This document shows positions 39,638 to 49,520 of a stretch of DNA of 64,000 nucleotides, piece by piece (the first letter of the stretch is position 1; each line of letters starts with the position of its first letter). The notes below the pieces were generated by a model. The model searched no databases. It saw only the letters and a list, made by a program, of their open reading frames with translations, and was not told the DNA's origin. The stretch comes from Candidatus Eiseniibacteriota bacterium (GTDB lineage Bacteria; Eisenbacteria; RBG-16-71-46; CAZAMP01): NCBI GenBank assembly GCA_965224245.1, contig OZ245046.1, positions 3,712,001 to 3,776,000 on the forward strand. The letters are read 5' to 3'. Both the position numbers and the translations under genes were made by a program.

Positions 39638-41080
39638 TCAGAACAGCACGAGCTTGACGCTCGCCTCGCGGCCGGCCAGACGCGCCTGGAAAAAATAGAC
39701 GCCGCTCGCCAGGTCCGCCAGGTCGAACCCGAGCCGGTTGACTCCCCGGTCCACCGACAACTCCCGCTGGAGCAGGATGCGCCCGGTCGGGGCCACGATC
39801 CGCCCCACGGCCGTCGTCCGGATCGGACTCTCGAGCCGGAAGGTCACCACCCTCGACCGCGTCGGGTTGCCGATGGTGGACAGCCCGAGCTCGACAGGGG
39901 GCAGCTCCACGAGCGCGGGGCGCCGGCAGATGCGAGCGTCCAGCCCGGTCCACGTCCGTTGCCAGCCGACGACGATGCCGCCGTCGCGGGCCAGCGCGAT
40001 GCTCGTGTGCGTGTTCGGGTCCCGCAGGAAGTGTTGCGAGAGTCCGCAGGTGAGGGTGTCCGGAGCCGACCATGTCATCCCGGCATCCTCGGTCGTGAGT
40101 CGAATGAGCTTCGCCCGACCGATGATCGACCCCCCACCGTCCCGAAGATCCGTGTTGCCGAGGACGTGCCAGTGACGCTCCGACTCCATTGCGATCTCCG
40201 GGTAAATCCAGACGTCCGTGTGCGGAGGACTGACGTCCAGTCGCCTCCAGTGGTCGCCATGGTCCGCGGAGTACTGGAGAGCCACGTCGTCATATGGCGA
40301 CGCGGCGAGCAGCACCGCCTTGCGGTAGGTCGCGATGCGGGTCTCGGAATATCCGAGCTCGCTGAACTCGAAGCTCCGGACCTCCGTCCAGCTGCGACCC
40401 TCGTCGGAGGATCGGAACAGGAACACGTTCGACGTCGAGCCCTCCGGGACCCCACGGAAGAGGCAGTAGAGGATCTCGTCCGCAGAGGCGAGCCGCGGCC
40501 GGGTGGCCCCGCTGTCGCCCCAGGGCACCGTCCCGATGCGTCCGATGTCGACCCAGGACGAGGCGTCCTCCGAGACCTCGAAGACGTGCACGGTGTGATC
40601 CGGCACGAGTGGGGCGACGGCCACCAGACCGGCCGGCGTCATCGCGATGTCCGAGATGATCGCGGCGTCCAGCACACGAGGCGTGTACTGCACGTGTCCC
40701 GTGCGGGGGTCCACGGCGGCGGCGTCGATCCAGTTGTCGTACCCCCCCACGTCGTTCCAGGCGACCACGAGGTGATCATCGGTCGCCGTCACTCTTGGCG
40801 CGATGAGCGCGCGATTCCATACGCGCTCGTGCAGTGCGATTGGCGCGGCCGCCACCGAATCCTCATCCAGCTCGACGACGACCACCTGTGAGGTCAGCCC
40901 ACTGAAAGCAACGTACGCAACGAACTCGCCGAGCGACGACACAGATATGATCGGGTCGCGACCTGCGCGTCGGTCAAAGGGTCCTGCGGTGAAGCTGCAC
41001 TGCGCGGCTTCGGCGGCCGCAGAGGCCGCGCAGGCGGTAGTCGCAACGACGAACGCCGCGCTAACGCAGTACGACCGCAC
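39638..41080 (-). CDS. Secreted BNR/Asp-box (sialidase-like fold) protein with T9SS-like C-terminal domain
   Basis: GTG start and Ala-rich signal peptide. Asp-boxes SSDEGRSW, SADHGDHW, TEDAGMTW; ends LASGVYFFQARL...VKLVLF. Confidence 0.65.
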   Translation of the reverse strand: MRSYCVSAAFVVATTACAASAAAEAAQCSFTAGPFDRRAGRDPIISVSSLGEFVAYVAFSGLTSQVVVVELDEDSVAAAPIALHERVWNRALIAPRVTATDDHLVVAWNDVGGYDNWIDAAAVDPRTGHVQYTPRVLDAAIISDIAMTPAGLVAVAPLVPDHTVHVFEVSEDASSWVDIGRIGTVPWGDSGATRPRLASADEILYCLFRGVPEGSTSNVFLFRSSDEGRSWTEVRSFEFSELGYSETRIATYRKAVLLAASPYDDVALQYSADHGDHWRRLDVSPPHTDVWIYPEIAMESERHWHVLGNTDLRDGGGSIIGRAKLIRLTTEDAGMTWSAPDTLTCGLSQHFLRDPNTHTSIALARDGGIVVGWQRTWTGLDARICRRPALVELPPVELGLSTIGNPTRSRVVTFRLESPIRTTAVGRIVAPTGRILLQRELSVDRGVNRLGFDLADLASGVYFFQARLAGREASVKLVLF

Positions 41081-43019
41081 GTTCGACCTCCCCGGGAAGA
41101 TCCGGAATCCGTAGAAACACGACGCCGGATCCCGTCAGCCCGCCGTATGTGTGGCTCCGGACACCTGCCGGGACGAGCCACCGGGCCCGCACCCGCCCCG
41201 TCACGTCATAGGCCTCGACGCGTACGGGCCGCTCGAGTGTGCTGGCGAAGGTCACACGGACCTCTCGCCCACCGATTGCCCACCACGTGTGCCGCGGTTG
41301 CGACCCAGCATCGTCGCTCACCGAAAGAACCTCGTTACCGAGGGGATAGCGACAGAAGATCGGGTAGCCCTGGCTTCCGAACTCCTGGCTGGCTGCATCG
41401 GCACTGACGAGCACGCCCTCCGCGCCGGCGAGGATCGACCGGCCCGCCCCCTGACCGTTGTATGGACCCCACTCGTTCGTCTCGAGGACGTCGAACCACC
41501 GGAAGTCACCGCTCGAGTAGTCGAGCGCGGTGGTCAGCATCAGCTGGAGCCCACCATCGTCGTAGTTTCCGGTGGCGTAGACGAAACTGTCGTGCACCGT
41601 GACTGCCTGGTAGCCCGAGCCCGTCTGGTTCGACCGAGGAGCATCCTCGTAGACGGCGCACCAGACGATCGGCTCCTCGGTGCCGGCGTCGATGTCGCCG
41701 CGGTATCTCAGAACGCCGGGCTTCCTGCCGATCTGCCCCGCCACGATCACGTCGCATCCGACGGTCTCGACGTCGTGTGGCACGAATCGATGGTCCGGAT
41801 CGTAGACGTTCACCAGCCACTCGCTGTGGCCGGTCGCGGCCGAATGGCGCGCCGTGGTCAGCACGTACTCCGTACCGGTCGTGTGCTGGACGTAGCCGAC
41901 CGAGACGGCGATCCCGAAGTCGGACGTGACCCCGATGGAGCCCGCCACCTGATCGACGTCACCGCCGAGCCGCGTGATCAGCTCGGTCCACTCCACCCGA
42001 TCGGTCGACGTGTCGTACGACCAGAGGGTCAGAAAGTCGTCGTCGGTGCTCAGCGAGAGAACGACGATGCCGCTCGTGACCGGGTTCACGGCAGCGGTCA
42101 CGACGACCTGGTAGGACAGAGACGGCAAGCCAGGCACGTCCCAGTCCGAGCTCGCCAGCGACGCGGGAGGAAACGTGAGGAAGAACGGGAGCGCGTCGGT
42201 GGCGTCGAAGAGATCCCGGTAGTACCCGACCACGTGATTGCCCGATGGCGTCCGGAGGACGGCACCGACCCAGGTCTCGTGCTCGAGGACCGTGATTGCC
42301 CCGATGTTGAACGACCCCTGCGCCAGGATGCCACCGTGATCGAGGAGCCCGACGAAGCCATCGGTCATCGAGCCGTCGGACCGTCGTCGAGAGCCCCCGA
42401 CGAGGATCTCGGCGTCCGCCGTGCATGCGAAGTCGTCGGTGTTCAGTACGAACGTGCGCTGGTCCTGGACCGCGTCCGTGTAGAGATCGTACACCGCCTC
42501 GAGCGAATCCACGTCGGGCGCCGTGAACGAGACCGTGTGCTTGGTCGAGCCGAAGGCACCGAACGAGGGATGCGAATACGTCGCCACGCTGCCCGACAGC
42601 ACACGGTTCGCGTAGACAGCGGGCAGCGCCGATCGCCACGATCGAACCTGGATCACGCCCTCCGGGTCGATCTCGGTCACGACGCGCTCGGACCTGGGCA
42701 CCGAGGCCAGATCCACGTCGTGGGTGGCGGACTGCGTGCGGGATACGCCACACATCGAGAACCCACCACCGCCACCGTCCACGCTCGCGATGGCGAGCGT
42801 GCCGCTCGGGAACTCCTCCACGACACCCGCGCTCGAGAACGACGCCCGGAGGGAGTCTCTCGGGTCTCCGGTCAGGCGTATCCTCCCCGTGGCCTGGGGC
42901 GGAATCACGAAGTAGCCGACCGTGACGAGGCTGTCGGTCGACGTCGGGGACTGTGTCGTGGACCAGGTCGTGGCGAAGCCGGTACCCGAGGCCGGCGCAA
43001 GTGACCGCTCATCCGTCAT
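41061..43019 (-). CDS. Hypothetical beta-propeller-like protein with degenerate C-terminal sorting domain; probably 5'-truncated
   Basis: 652-aa ORF ending YDVTGRVRA...SGVVFLR...RAVVLR. It has no signal peptide, and an in-frame stop lies shortly upstream of the ATG. Confidence 0.6.
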   Translation of the reverse strand: MTDERSLAPASGTGFATTWSTTQSPTSTDSLVTVGYFVIPPQATGRIRLTGDPRDSLRASFSSAGVVEEFPSGTLAIASVDGGGGGFSMCGVSRTQSATHDVDLASVPRSERVVTEIDPEGVIQVRSWRSALPAVYANRVLSGSVATYSHPSFGAFGSTKHTVSFTAPDVDSLEAVYDLYTDAVQDQRTFVLNTDDFACTADAEILVGGSRRRSDGSMTDGFVGLLDHGGILAQGSFNIGAITVLEHETWVGAVLRTPSGNHVVGYYRDLFDATDALPFFLTFPPASLASSDWDVPGLPSLSYQVVVTAAVNPVTSGIVVLSLSTDDDFLTLWSYDTSTDRVEWTELITRLGGDVDQVAGSIGVTSDFGIAVSVGYVQHTTGTEYVLTTARHSAATGHSEWLVNVYDPDHRFVPHDVETVGCDVIVAGQIGRKPGVLRYRGDIDAGTEEPIVWCAVYEDAPRSNQTGSGYQAVTVHDSFVYATGNYDDGGLQLMLTTALDYSSGDFRWFDVLETNEWGPYNGQGAGRSILAGAEGVLVSADAASQEFGSQGYPIFCRYPLGNEVLSVSDDAGSQPRHTWWAIGGREVRVTFASTLERPVRVEAYDVTGRVRARWLVPAGVRSHTYGGLTGSGVVFLRIPDLPGEVERAVVLR

Positions 43020-43138
43020 TCCTCCGATCCGGTCATGGGGATCGACCGGGGTCCCGTGACGCCGTCGTCACATCGACCCGGCATTGCCGAACGTCATTGG
43101 AGGGGTGTGGAGACGACCTCGATAGGGTGGGCGGCGAA

Positions 43139-43182
43139 TTGAGCCCATTCATTATCGACTAGTATAATACCTATTATCGACT
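43139..43182 (+). promoter_or_regulatory. Sigma70-like promoter flanked by direct repeats
   Basis: TTGAGC (43139-44), 18-nt spacer, TATAAT (43163-68). ATTATCGACT occurs at 43151-60 and 43173-82. Confidence 0.55.
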
Positions 43183-43353
43183 CGAACGACAAGCGCGGAG
43201 TCAGGCTTCGGATCGGGGGGCGTGCGGCGAGTCGACGTCGAACGACACCCGGGTCACGCCGACGGGTCGACTGCCCTCCGAGCAGCGGCAGGTGGAAGTC
43301 GCTCGGATGAGGGCACTTCGCCGGTCCCGATCACCTTTGCTAGACTCCGGCGC

Positions 43354-44676
43354 ATGACATCCGAATCCCCTCGACTGACCGTGGTCGGCATCTATCCCTG
43401 GTGGACGTTCTGGGCGCTCGGCGAGGGCCGCGGCAGCCCGTCCTTCTACCTGTCCCCCAAGGGATTCGTGAACGCCGGGCACCGCATGATCATCGTCCAG
43501 CCCCGGCGGGACAATCCGCCGGGACGGGCCGAGTACCGCGGGATCGAGCTGGTCCGCTACCGGGGCGGGCCGTACACGATCATCGAGGACACCACCCAGA
43601 GCAAGCTCCGCCGCGTGGTGTCGCGCAACTGGATCTACTGGCAGTATCAGGTGGCCGCGTTCGTGGCCGGCGTGCGCGTGTGCCGGCGCGAGAAGCCCGA
43701 CGCGCTGATCGCCTACGGGGATCACTCAACGCCGGTCACCTGGCTCCTCGGGAAGCTCTTCGGAACCCCGACGGTGAACCGCCTGTTCGGGACGTTCCTG
43801 AACCGCTACCTCGAGGGCGGACCCTTCACCCGGCTGAAGCTCCTCTACCACTACATCCAGGTGCTGGGGCTCAAGGTGCCCGCCTCGTACACCGTCCTCT
43901 GCGACGACGGCTCCGAGGGCGACCGGGTGGCCGCCGCGCTCGGCGTGGACCCCGAGCGGTTCCGGTTCTGGCGAAACGGCTCCGATCACTCCCGGTACGA
44001 CCCGGACGTGGACGTGCGCGCGCTTCGCGAGCGCCTCGGGCTGCCGCAGCGGGGGACGCTTCTCTTCAACATCTCGCGCCTCCATCGTGAGAAGCGAAAC
44101 GACCGCATCATCGCCGCGCTGCCGATGGTGCTAGAACGCCATCCGGATACGCGACTCGTCTTGATCGGAAGCGGCGAGGACCGCGACCGACTCGAGACCG
44201 AGGCCCATCGTCTGGGCGTGGATCACGCGATCATCTGGACGGGATCGATCGATCAAGAAAACCTCGGCGACTACATCAACGCGTGCGACGTCTTCGTCGC
44301 GATGTCCGACCGCACGAACGCGGCCAACCCGCTGTTCGAGGCGTGTCTGTCCGGAAAGCCGCCCGTGGTGCTGAACACCGGCGGCACCGGTCGCGCGATC
44401 ACGCACGGGGTCAACGGCTGGCTCGTTCCCGAGGCCAACCCCGAGGCGCTGGGGCCGATGCTGCTCGAGATCCTCGCCGATCCCGACCGCGTGGCGGAGG
44501 TGGGACGGGCGGCGCTCGAGTGGGCGCGCGCGAACGTGCCCACGATCGAGGGGCGCCAGCGCATGGAGGTCGACATCGTCGAGCAGGCCGTGCGCGAGCA
44601 CCGCGCGCGAAAGGGCCTCGGGGATCGGGACCTCACGGTGTCCAAGTCGCCGTTGCCGCCGTCGTCGAAAGCCTGA
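43354..44676 (+). CDS. Glycosyltransferase family 4 (GT-B)
   Basis: ISRLHREKR, LVLIGSG, NPLFEACLSGKPPV, GVNGWLV. TGcTAGACT lies 7 nt before the ATG, suggesting a leaderless mRNA. Confidence 0.88.
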   Translation: MTSESPRLTVVGIYPWWTFWALGEGRGSPSFYLSPKGFVNAGHRMIIVQPRRDNPPGRAEYRGIELVRYRGGPYTIIEDTTQSKLRRVVSRNWIYWQYQVAAFVAGVRVCRREKPDALIAYGDHSTPVTWLLGKLFGTPTVNRLFGTFLNRYLEGGPFTRLKLLYHYIQVLGLKVPASYTVLCDDGSEGDRVAAALGVDPERFRFWRNGSDHSRYDPDVDVRALRERLGLPQRGTLLFNISRLHREKRNDRIIAALPMVLERHPDTRLVLIGSGEDRDRLETEAHRLGVDHAIIWTGSIDQENLGDYINACDVFVAMSDRTNAANPLFEACLSGKPPVVLNTGGTGRAITHGVNGWLVPEANPEALGPMLLEILADPDRVAEVGRAALEWARANVPTIEGRQRMEVDIVEQAVREHRARKGLGDRDLTVSKSPLPPSSKA

Positions 44677-44785
44677 TACGGTCGCGAGCGGCGCTGGCGG
44701 CGGCGTCGCCGGTCGCGCCGTCGGGCCCGCCCGGCGCCGACGATGCCGTTCTCGACCACCCTTCGCCGAGGATCAGCGCGCGCTC

Positions 44786-45619
44786 ATGCCCTTCACTCGC
44801 ACCTCCGACGGCGTTCGACTCTTCTACGAGGTCACCGGCAGCGGCGAGACCGTCCTGTTCGCACACGCCTATCTCGGTCGGGCCGACGTGTGGGCCGGAC
44901 AGCGCATCGCGCTGGCCTCGCGCCTGCGGATCGCCGCGTTCGACGCGCGCGGACACGGCCGCTCCGACGCGCCCGACGACCCCGCGGCGTACAGCCTCAC
45001 GCGCTTCGTCGACGACCTGATCGACGTGCTGGACGCCCTCGAGGTCGAGTCCGCTCACCTGTGCGGGCTCAGCATGGGCGCGGAGACGGTCCTTCACGCG
45101 ATCCTGAGTCATCCGTCCCGCGTGAAGAGCGCCGTGCTGGCCGACGTCGGCACCGGCTCGGAGAACCCCGCGGGCATGCGGGCATGGGCCGACGAGATCG
45201 CCGAGTCGTTCCTGACGGTGGGGTCGGCGGGCACCTATCAGGCCATCCTGGCCGACACCGATCTCCTCGCGGGGCTCGGCATGACGCGCCGGAAGGCCGT
45301 GGAGGGAATGCGGCTCCTGGTCGAGAGCCAGTCCCCGCACGGCATGGCGTACACGATCCGGGGCGTGCTGGCCGACCGCGCGCCCATCTACGAGCTGGGC
45401 GACCGCCTCGCGACGGTGACCCAGCCCGTGCTCGTCATTCGCGGCGCGCTCGACACGCCGGTGGCCCGGCCGTCGCAGTTCCTCGTCGCGCATCTTCCGA
45501 ACGCGCGGGAGGTGGTGATCCCGGGCGTCTCACACGTCACGAACATCCAGGCCCCCGCCGACTTCAACCGCGCGCTGTCGGCGTTCCTCCGCGAGGTCAC
45601 GACCGCGCGACACGAATAG
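44786..45619 (+). CDS. Alpha/beta fold hydrolase
   Basis: FDARGHGRS, GLSMG nucleophile elbow, LVIRGALD, IPGVSH. Confidence 0.9.
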   Translation: MPFTRTSDGVRLFYEVTGSGETVLFAHAYLGRADVWAGQRIALASRLRIAAFDARGHGRSDAPDDPAAYSLTRFVDDLIDVLDALEVESAHLCGLSMGAETVLHAILSHPSRVKSAVLADVGTGSENPAGMRAWADEIAESFLTVGSAGTYQAILADTDLLAGLGMTRRKAVEGMRLLVESQSPHGMAYTIRGVLADRAPIYELGDRLATVTQPVLVIRGALDTPVARPSQFLVAHLPNAREVVIPGVSHVTNIQAPADFNRALSAFLREVTTARHE

Positions 45620-45648
45620 GACTCCCGCATGCTCGTCCGGCGCATCTC

Positions 45649-46842
45649 GTGATCGGCGCACCCATCACCGACGGCGTCGGTCGGATCACCCGCTACCACG
45701 GCGTGATCAAGTGGCCCGGCGGCAAGCACCGGGAGCTACCCGTGCTCCGCCCATACATCGGCGAGCTGGAAGGCCGCTGGGTCGAGCCGTTCGTGGGTGG
45801 GGGATCGGTCTTCCTGGCGCTGGGAACCGATCGCGAGGCGCTGGTCAACGACGCCGACCCGGATCTGATCGCGTTCTACCGGGCGATCGCGTCGCGCGAC
45901 CCCGAGCTCGTGGAGGCGCTCGGCGCGCTCGTCTCCGACTGGGCGCACCTGGGCGAGCTGGCACACGCGCTGGGTAGCTCCCTCGGAGAGCGCCTCTCGA
46001 CGTTTCGACGCGAGCCACTGACCGCGGACGAGGTCGCACGGCACGCTCCGGCCCGGGACCTCGGCTCGTTCCACGCGCGCGATCCCGTCGGCGCGCTTCA
46101 TGCCCGGATCGTCGCCTCGGTCACCGACAAGTTCGCACGGCTGACGCGCCTCGAGCACAAGCACCGCGTGACGTTCTCACCCGATCAGCTCGCCGTGCAC
46201 CTCGAGACCGCCGTCCGCGCCGGGTACTACTATCACCTTCGCGACGGCGAGCCGGCCGGCACGCCGGGCGCCCGGAGCGCCGAGTTCTTCTTCGTGCGTG
46301 AGTTCTGCTACGGATCGATGTTCCGCTACAACGCCGAGGGGAAGTTCAACATCCCGTACGGCGGGCGCGCCTACAACCGGAAGGGCTTCGCCGCCAAGGT
46401 CGCGTTCGTCACGTCGGACGCACTGGCGGGGGCTCTGGGGTCGGCAGCCGTCCACCTGGGCGACTTCGACGCGTTCTTCGACGCGGTTCGCGATCGTCTC
46501 GCGCCCACCGACTTCGTGTTCCTCGACCCGCCATACGATTCGGACTTCTCGGCCTACTCGAACCGCGCGTTCGACGTGGCCGATCACGAGCGCCTGGCCG
46601 CGAGCATCGGGGGCCTGCCGTGCCGGTGGCTGCTGGTGATCAAGAAGACGCCCGAGGTGGTGCAGACGTACGGTCACCTGGCCGGGCGGCCGGACGTGCG
46701 GTCCGCCACGTTCGCCAAGACGTACACCTACAACGTCCGCGGACGAAACGAGCGGCGGACCGAGCACTGGGTGCTGGCCCGCTCGGAATCGACGCGGAAG
46801 ACGTCCCGCCGAGCGCCTCGCCACCGCGAGCGATCCCGGTAA
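45649..46842 (+). CDS. DNA adenine methyltransferase, Dam/D12 class (orphan)
   Basis: IKWPGGK, EPFVGGGSVF, VND, FRYNAEGKFNIPYG, FLDPPY. Start is GTG at 45649 or 45703. Confidence 0.88.
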   Translation: MIGAPITDGVGRITRYHGVIKWPGGKHRELPVLRPYIGELEGRWVEPFVGGGSVFLALGTDREALVNDADPDLIAFYRAIASRDPELVEALGALVSDWAHLGELAHALGSSLGERLSTFRREPLTADEVARHAPARDLGSFHARDPVGALHARIVASVTDKFARLTRLEHKHRVTFSPDQLAVHLETAVRAGYYYHLRDGEPAGTPGARSAEFFFVREFCYGSMFRYNAEGKFNIPYGGRAYNRKGFAAKVAFVTSDALAGALGSAAVHLGDFDAFFDAVRDRLAPTDFVFLDPPYDSDFSAYSNRAFDVADHERLAASIGGLPCRWLLVIKKTPEVVQTYGHLAGRPDVRSATFAKTYTYNVRGRNERRTEHWVLARSESTRKTSRRAPRHRERSR

Positions 46843-46877
46843 ACGACGCGGAAACCCACCGAGCGCACGCTCGCAGA

Positions 46878-49520
46878 CTAGACGCGAATGACGGTGGGAG
46901 GCTCCCGCGAGAAGCACGTCGCGTCGAGCAGGCTCTCGTGGCACGTGAAGTACAGGATCTGATGGGTCGCCGCGACGTCCGAGATCACCTCCAGCGCCCG
47001 CTCCAGGCGCGCGGGATCGAAGTTCACCAGCACGTCGTCCATCACCACCGGAAGCGCCGGGCGCGTGGCCACCGACTCGCGGATGACCGCGAGGCGAAGC
47101 GCCAGGTACAGCTGCTCGCGCGTGCCGCGACTCAGCGCCTCCGGCGCGAGCCGATCCCCGTTCGCGCGCTCGCAGATGAAGCGGGTGGCGCCGGGCTCGA
47201 CCGGCCGGAGCACACGGTCGAACGCCCCCTCGGTCAGCCGGCGGAAGTACGTGCTCGCCGTGCGCATCACGGCCGGCTGGTGCCGCTCCTGGAACCGCTC
47301 GGCCGCCTCGTCGAGCAGCACGGCGGCCGCCCTGTGGATGGCCCAGTCGGCCGCCACACGATCGACCTCGGCCACGAGCTGTGCATCGCGCTGGCGGAGC
47401 TCGGACGCGCGATCGCTCTCGCGCACCGCAGCGATGCGGCCGGCCAGCTCGCCCAGGGTCACGCGGGCCGCATCGAGGGCCGCGGTCAGCTCCAGGGTCT
47501 CGGACGTCAGCGCCGCGACCCGCTCCCGTGCGGCGGCGAAGTCGATCTCGGCCAGCTCGGTGACCGCACGAACGGCGACACGACCGCCGGCGGGGTCCGC
47601 GTCGTCGGGCGCATCGACGACGGTGTCGCCGAGGCGACGCGCGAGCGCGAGCCGCTCGGTCCGGCTGGCCCGCTCGTCCCGAGCAGCGGCGAGGCAGCGC
47701 TGGAACGCCTCGTCGGAGTCGCATCCGAACGACGCCCACAGCTCCCCGAGCTCGCCATCGGCGTGGTCGAGCCGCCGGCGGACCGTCTCGAGATCCTGTG
47801 CTCGCGCCGACACCCTTCGCTCCGCCTCGTCGCGGGCGGCCTCGGCCGCGCCCGCGTCGCGCATCGCGTCCACGATCGCATCGACGGTCGCGACGACGTC
47901 GATCTCGTCGCTGCCGGCATGCGCGACCCGGCATCCGACCGCGTCGTGGTCCCGGCACCACGTCCCGACACGCTCGGCGGCGTGGGCCAGCGAACGCTCC
48001 AGGCGTGCGCGCTCGTCCACGCGCTCACTCATCGCCTCCGCCGCGGACTCGATGGCGAGGATCTCGCGCAGCACCTCGCCCGCCTCGCCGGGCGTGAGCG
48101 ATTCGGCCAGACCGAACGTCGCGAGCGCCGCCCGCCAGTCGGTGTCCCCGCGCCTCGATCGCCACCAGTCGGCGATCCACGAGCCCGCGCCCACGGCGAG
48201 GATCAATGCGAGCACGACGCTGAGCACGGTGGCCACGTGACCGACCAGAGCCGCCACGATCGCCCCTCCGAGCATCGCCACCGCGATCCCGATCAGTGCC
48301 GCACGCGTCCGGCGGCGACGGCGTCCGAGACGCCCCATGTCGGTGGCGGCCGCGCGCGCGTTGAGGCTCCGGCAGGCCTCGCGCGCCCGCTCGCTCGTCA
48401 GCACCGCATCCCGGTCGCCGAGCACGGGAGCCAGCGCCCGTCGTCGCGCCTCGAGAGCCGACGTGGCCTGGCGGATCTCGTCCTCGACCGCGAGCGCGCG
48501 CGTGCGGTCGCGCACGACGGCGTCGCGAAGCCCGGTGAGCCGGGCTCGGTCCGCCCGTGCAGCGAGCAGCGGCGTCCGCACGACGATCGCGTCACGCTCG
48601 GCGGTGGCCCGCGCGAGCTCGGCCTCGGCCGCCGCCAGTCGTGAGCGCGCCTCGGCACGAGCCTCCACGAGCGCCGCCGCCACGCGCTCGACCTCGGGGT
48701 CGGGTAGCTCGGCGTCGCCGGCGGACGCATGCCGCGCGCGAGCGGCATCGAGCTCGCGGTATCGCCGCCAGTCGGGCTCGATCGACACCAGCTGCCGGCA
48801 GGACTCGAGCTCGGCACGGCGCGATTCGAGCTGCGCGTCGATCTCGCCGATGCGACCGCGCGTGGCGAGGTGCTCCTCCTCCCAGGCCGACACGCTGGCC
48901 GCCTGCGCGTCCAGCCGACGGCGCTCGGCGCGCACTCGATGGAGCTCGTCCACGAGGTCGTTCAACCGCCCGCCCGATCGCGGGCGAAAGAGTGCCTTCA
49001 CTCGCGACTCCAGCGTCTTGCGCACGCGATCCAGCCGGCGGGGATCCATGCCGGCCGAGGCACCGAACAGATAGTCCTCGAGCTCGCGTCCCGTGAGCGC
49101 CTTCGCATCGCTCAGCTCGCGGAGACCGAACGCGTGCACGTGCTCGACGTACGCGGGTGTGACGTCGCCGACGACCGCGTCCAGCCACTCGGGCGACACC
49201 GGATGTCCGGCCTCGGTCTCGACGTGGCGCTCGCCGCGGCGGGTGCGTCCCTCGGTCAGCGTGAGCCGCACCCGGGTGCCGTCGTCGTCCTCGATCGTCG
49301 CCCATCCGCCGTGGCAGCCCCCGGCGAGCGGCTCGCGACGCTGATGGTGGTCGCGGCGGCGCGTCTCGAACCCCACGAAGAGGGCACGGATGAAGTCGCG
49401 CAGCGTGGACTTCCCCGCCTCGTTGGGTCCCACCAGGACGTTCAGCCCCGGCGCGAACGGCCCGACCCGGCGGTCGTGGTGGATTCCGAACCCGTCGACG
49501 TGGATCTCGTGCAGTCTCAC
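46878..49520 (-). CDS. YhaN-family SMC/SbcC-like ATPase with central TM hairpin
   Basis: GTG start; Walker A GPNEAGKST; coiled coils; signature LSRGTREQLYLALRLA; Walker B/D-loop VVMDDVLVNFD; H-loop FTCH. Confidence 0.9.
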   Translation of the reverse strand: MRLHEIHVDGFGIHHDRRVGPFAPGLNVLVGPNEAGKSTLRDFIRALFVGFETRRRDHHQRREPLAGGCHGGWATIEDDDGTRVRLTLTEGRTRRGERHVETEAGHPVSPEWLDAVVGDVTPAYVEHVHAFGLRELSDAKALTGRELEDYLFGASAGMDPRRLDRVRKTLESRVKALFRPRSGGRLNDLVDELHRVRAERRRLDAQAASVSAWEEEHLATRGRIGEIDAQLESRRAELESCRQLVSIEPDWRRYRELDAARARHASAGDAELPDPEVERVAAALVEARAEARSRLAAAEAELARATAERDAIVVRTPLLAARADRARLTGLRDAVVRDRTRALAVEDEIRQATSALEARRRALAPVLGDRDAVLTSERAREACRSLNARAAATDMGRLGRRRRRTRAALIGIAVAMLGGAIVAALVGHVATVLSVVLALILAVGAGSWIADWWRSRRGDTDWRAALATFGLAESLTPGEAGEVLREILAIESAAEAMSERVDERARLERSLAHAAERVGTWCRDHDAVGCRVAHAGSDEIDVVATVDAIVDAMRDAGAAEAARDEAERRVSARAQDLETVRRRLDHADGELGELWASFGCDSDEAFQRCLAAARDERASRTERLALARRLGDTVVDAPDDADPAGGRVAVRAVTELAEIDFAAARERVAALTSETLELTAALDAARVTLGELAGRIAAVRESDRASELRQRDAQLVAEVDRVAADWAIHRAAAVLLDEAAERFQERHQPAVMRTASTYFRRLTEGAFDRVLRPVEPGATRFICERANGDRLAPEALSRGTREQLYLALRLAVIRESVATRPALPVVMDDVLVNFDPARLERALEVISDVAATHQILYFTCHESLLDATCFSREPPTVIRV

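Noticed and set aside
44743-45648. Apparent 300-aa N-terminal extension of the methyltransferase ORF
   Set aside because: It overlaps the real hydrolase gene in another frame and is low-complexity Arg-rich. The same applies to the extended starts of ORFs 1372-4065, 17179-19536, 18240-20729, 46878-50444 and 51536-53656.
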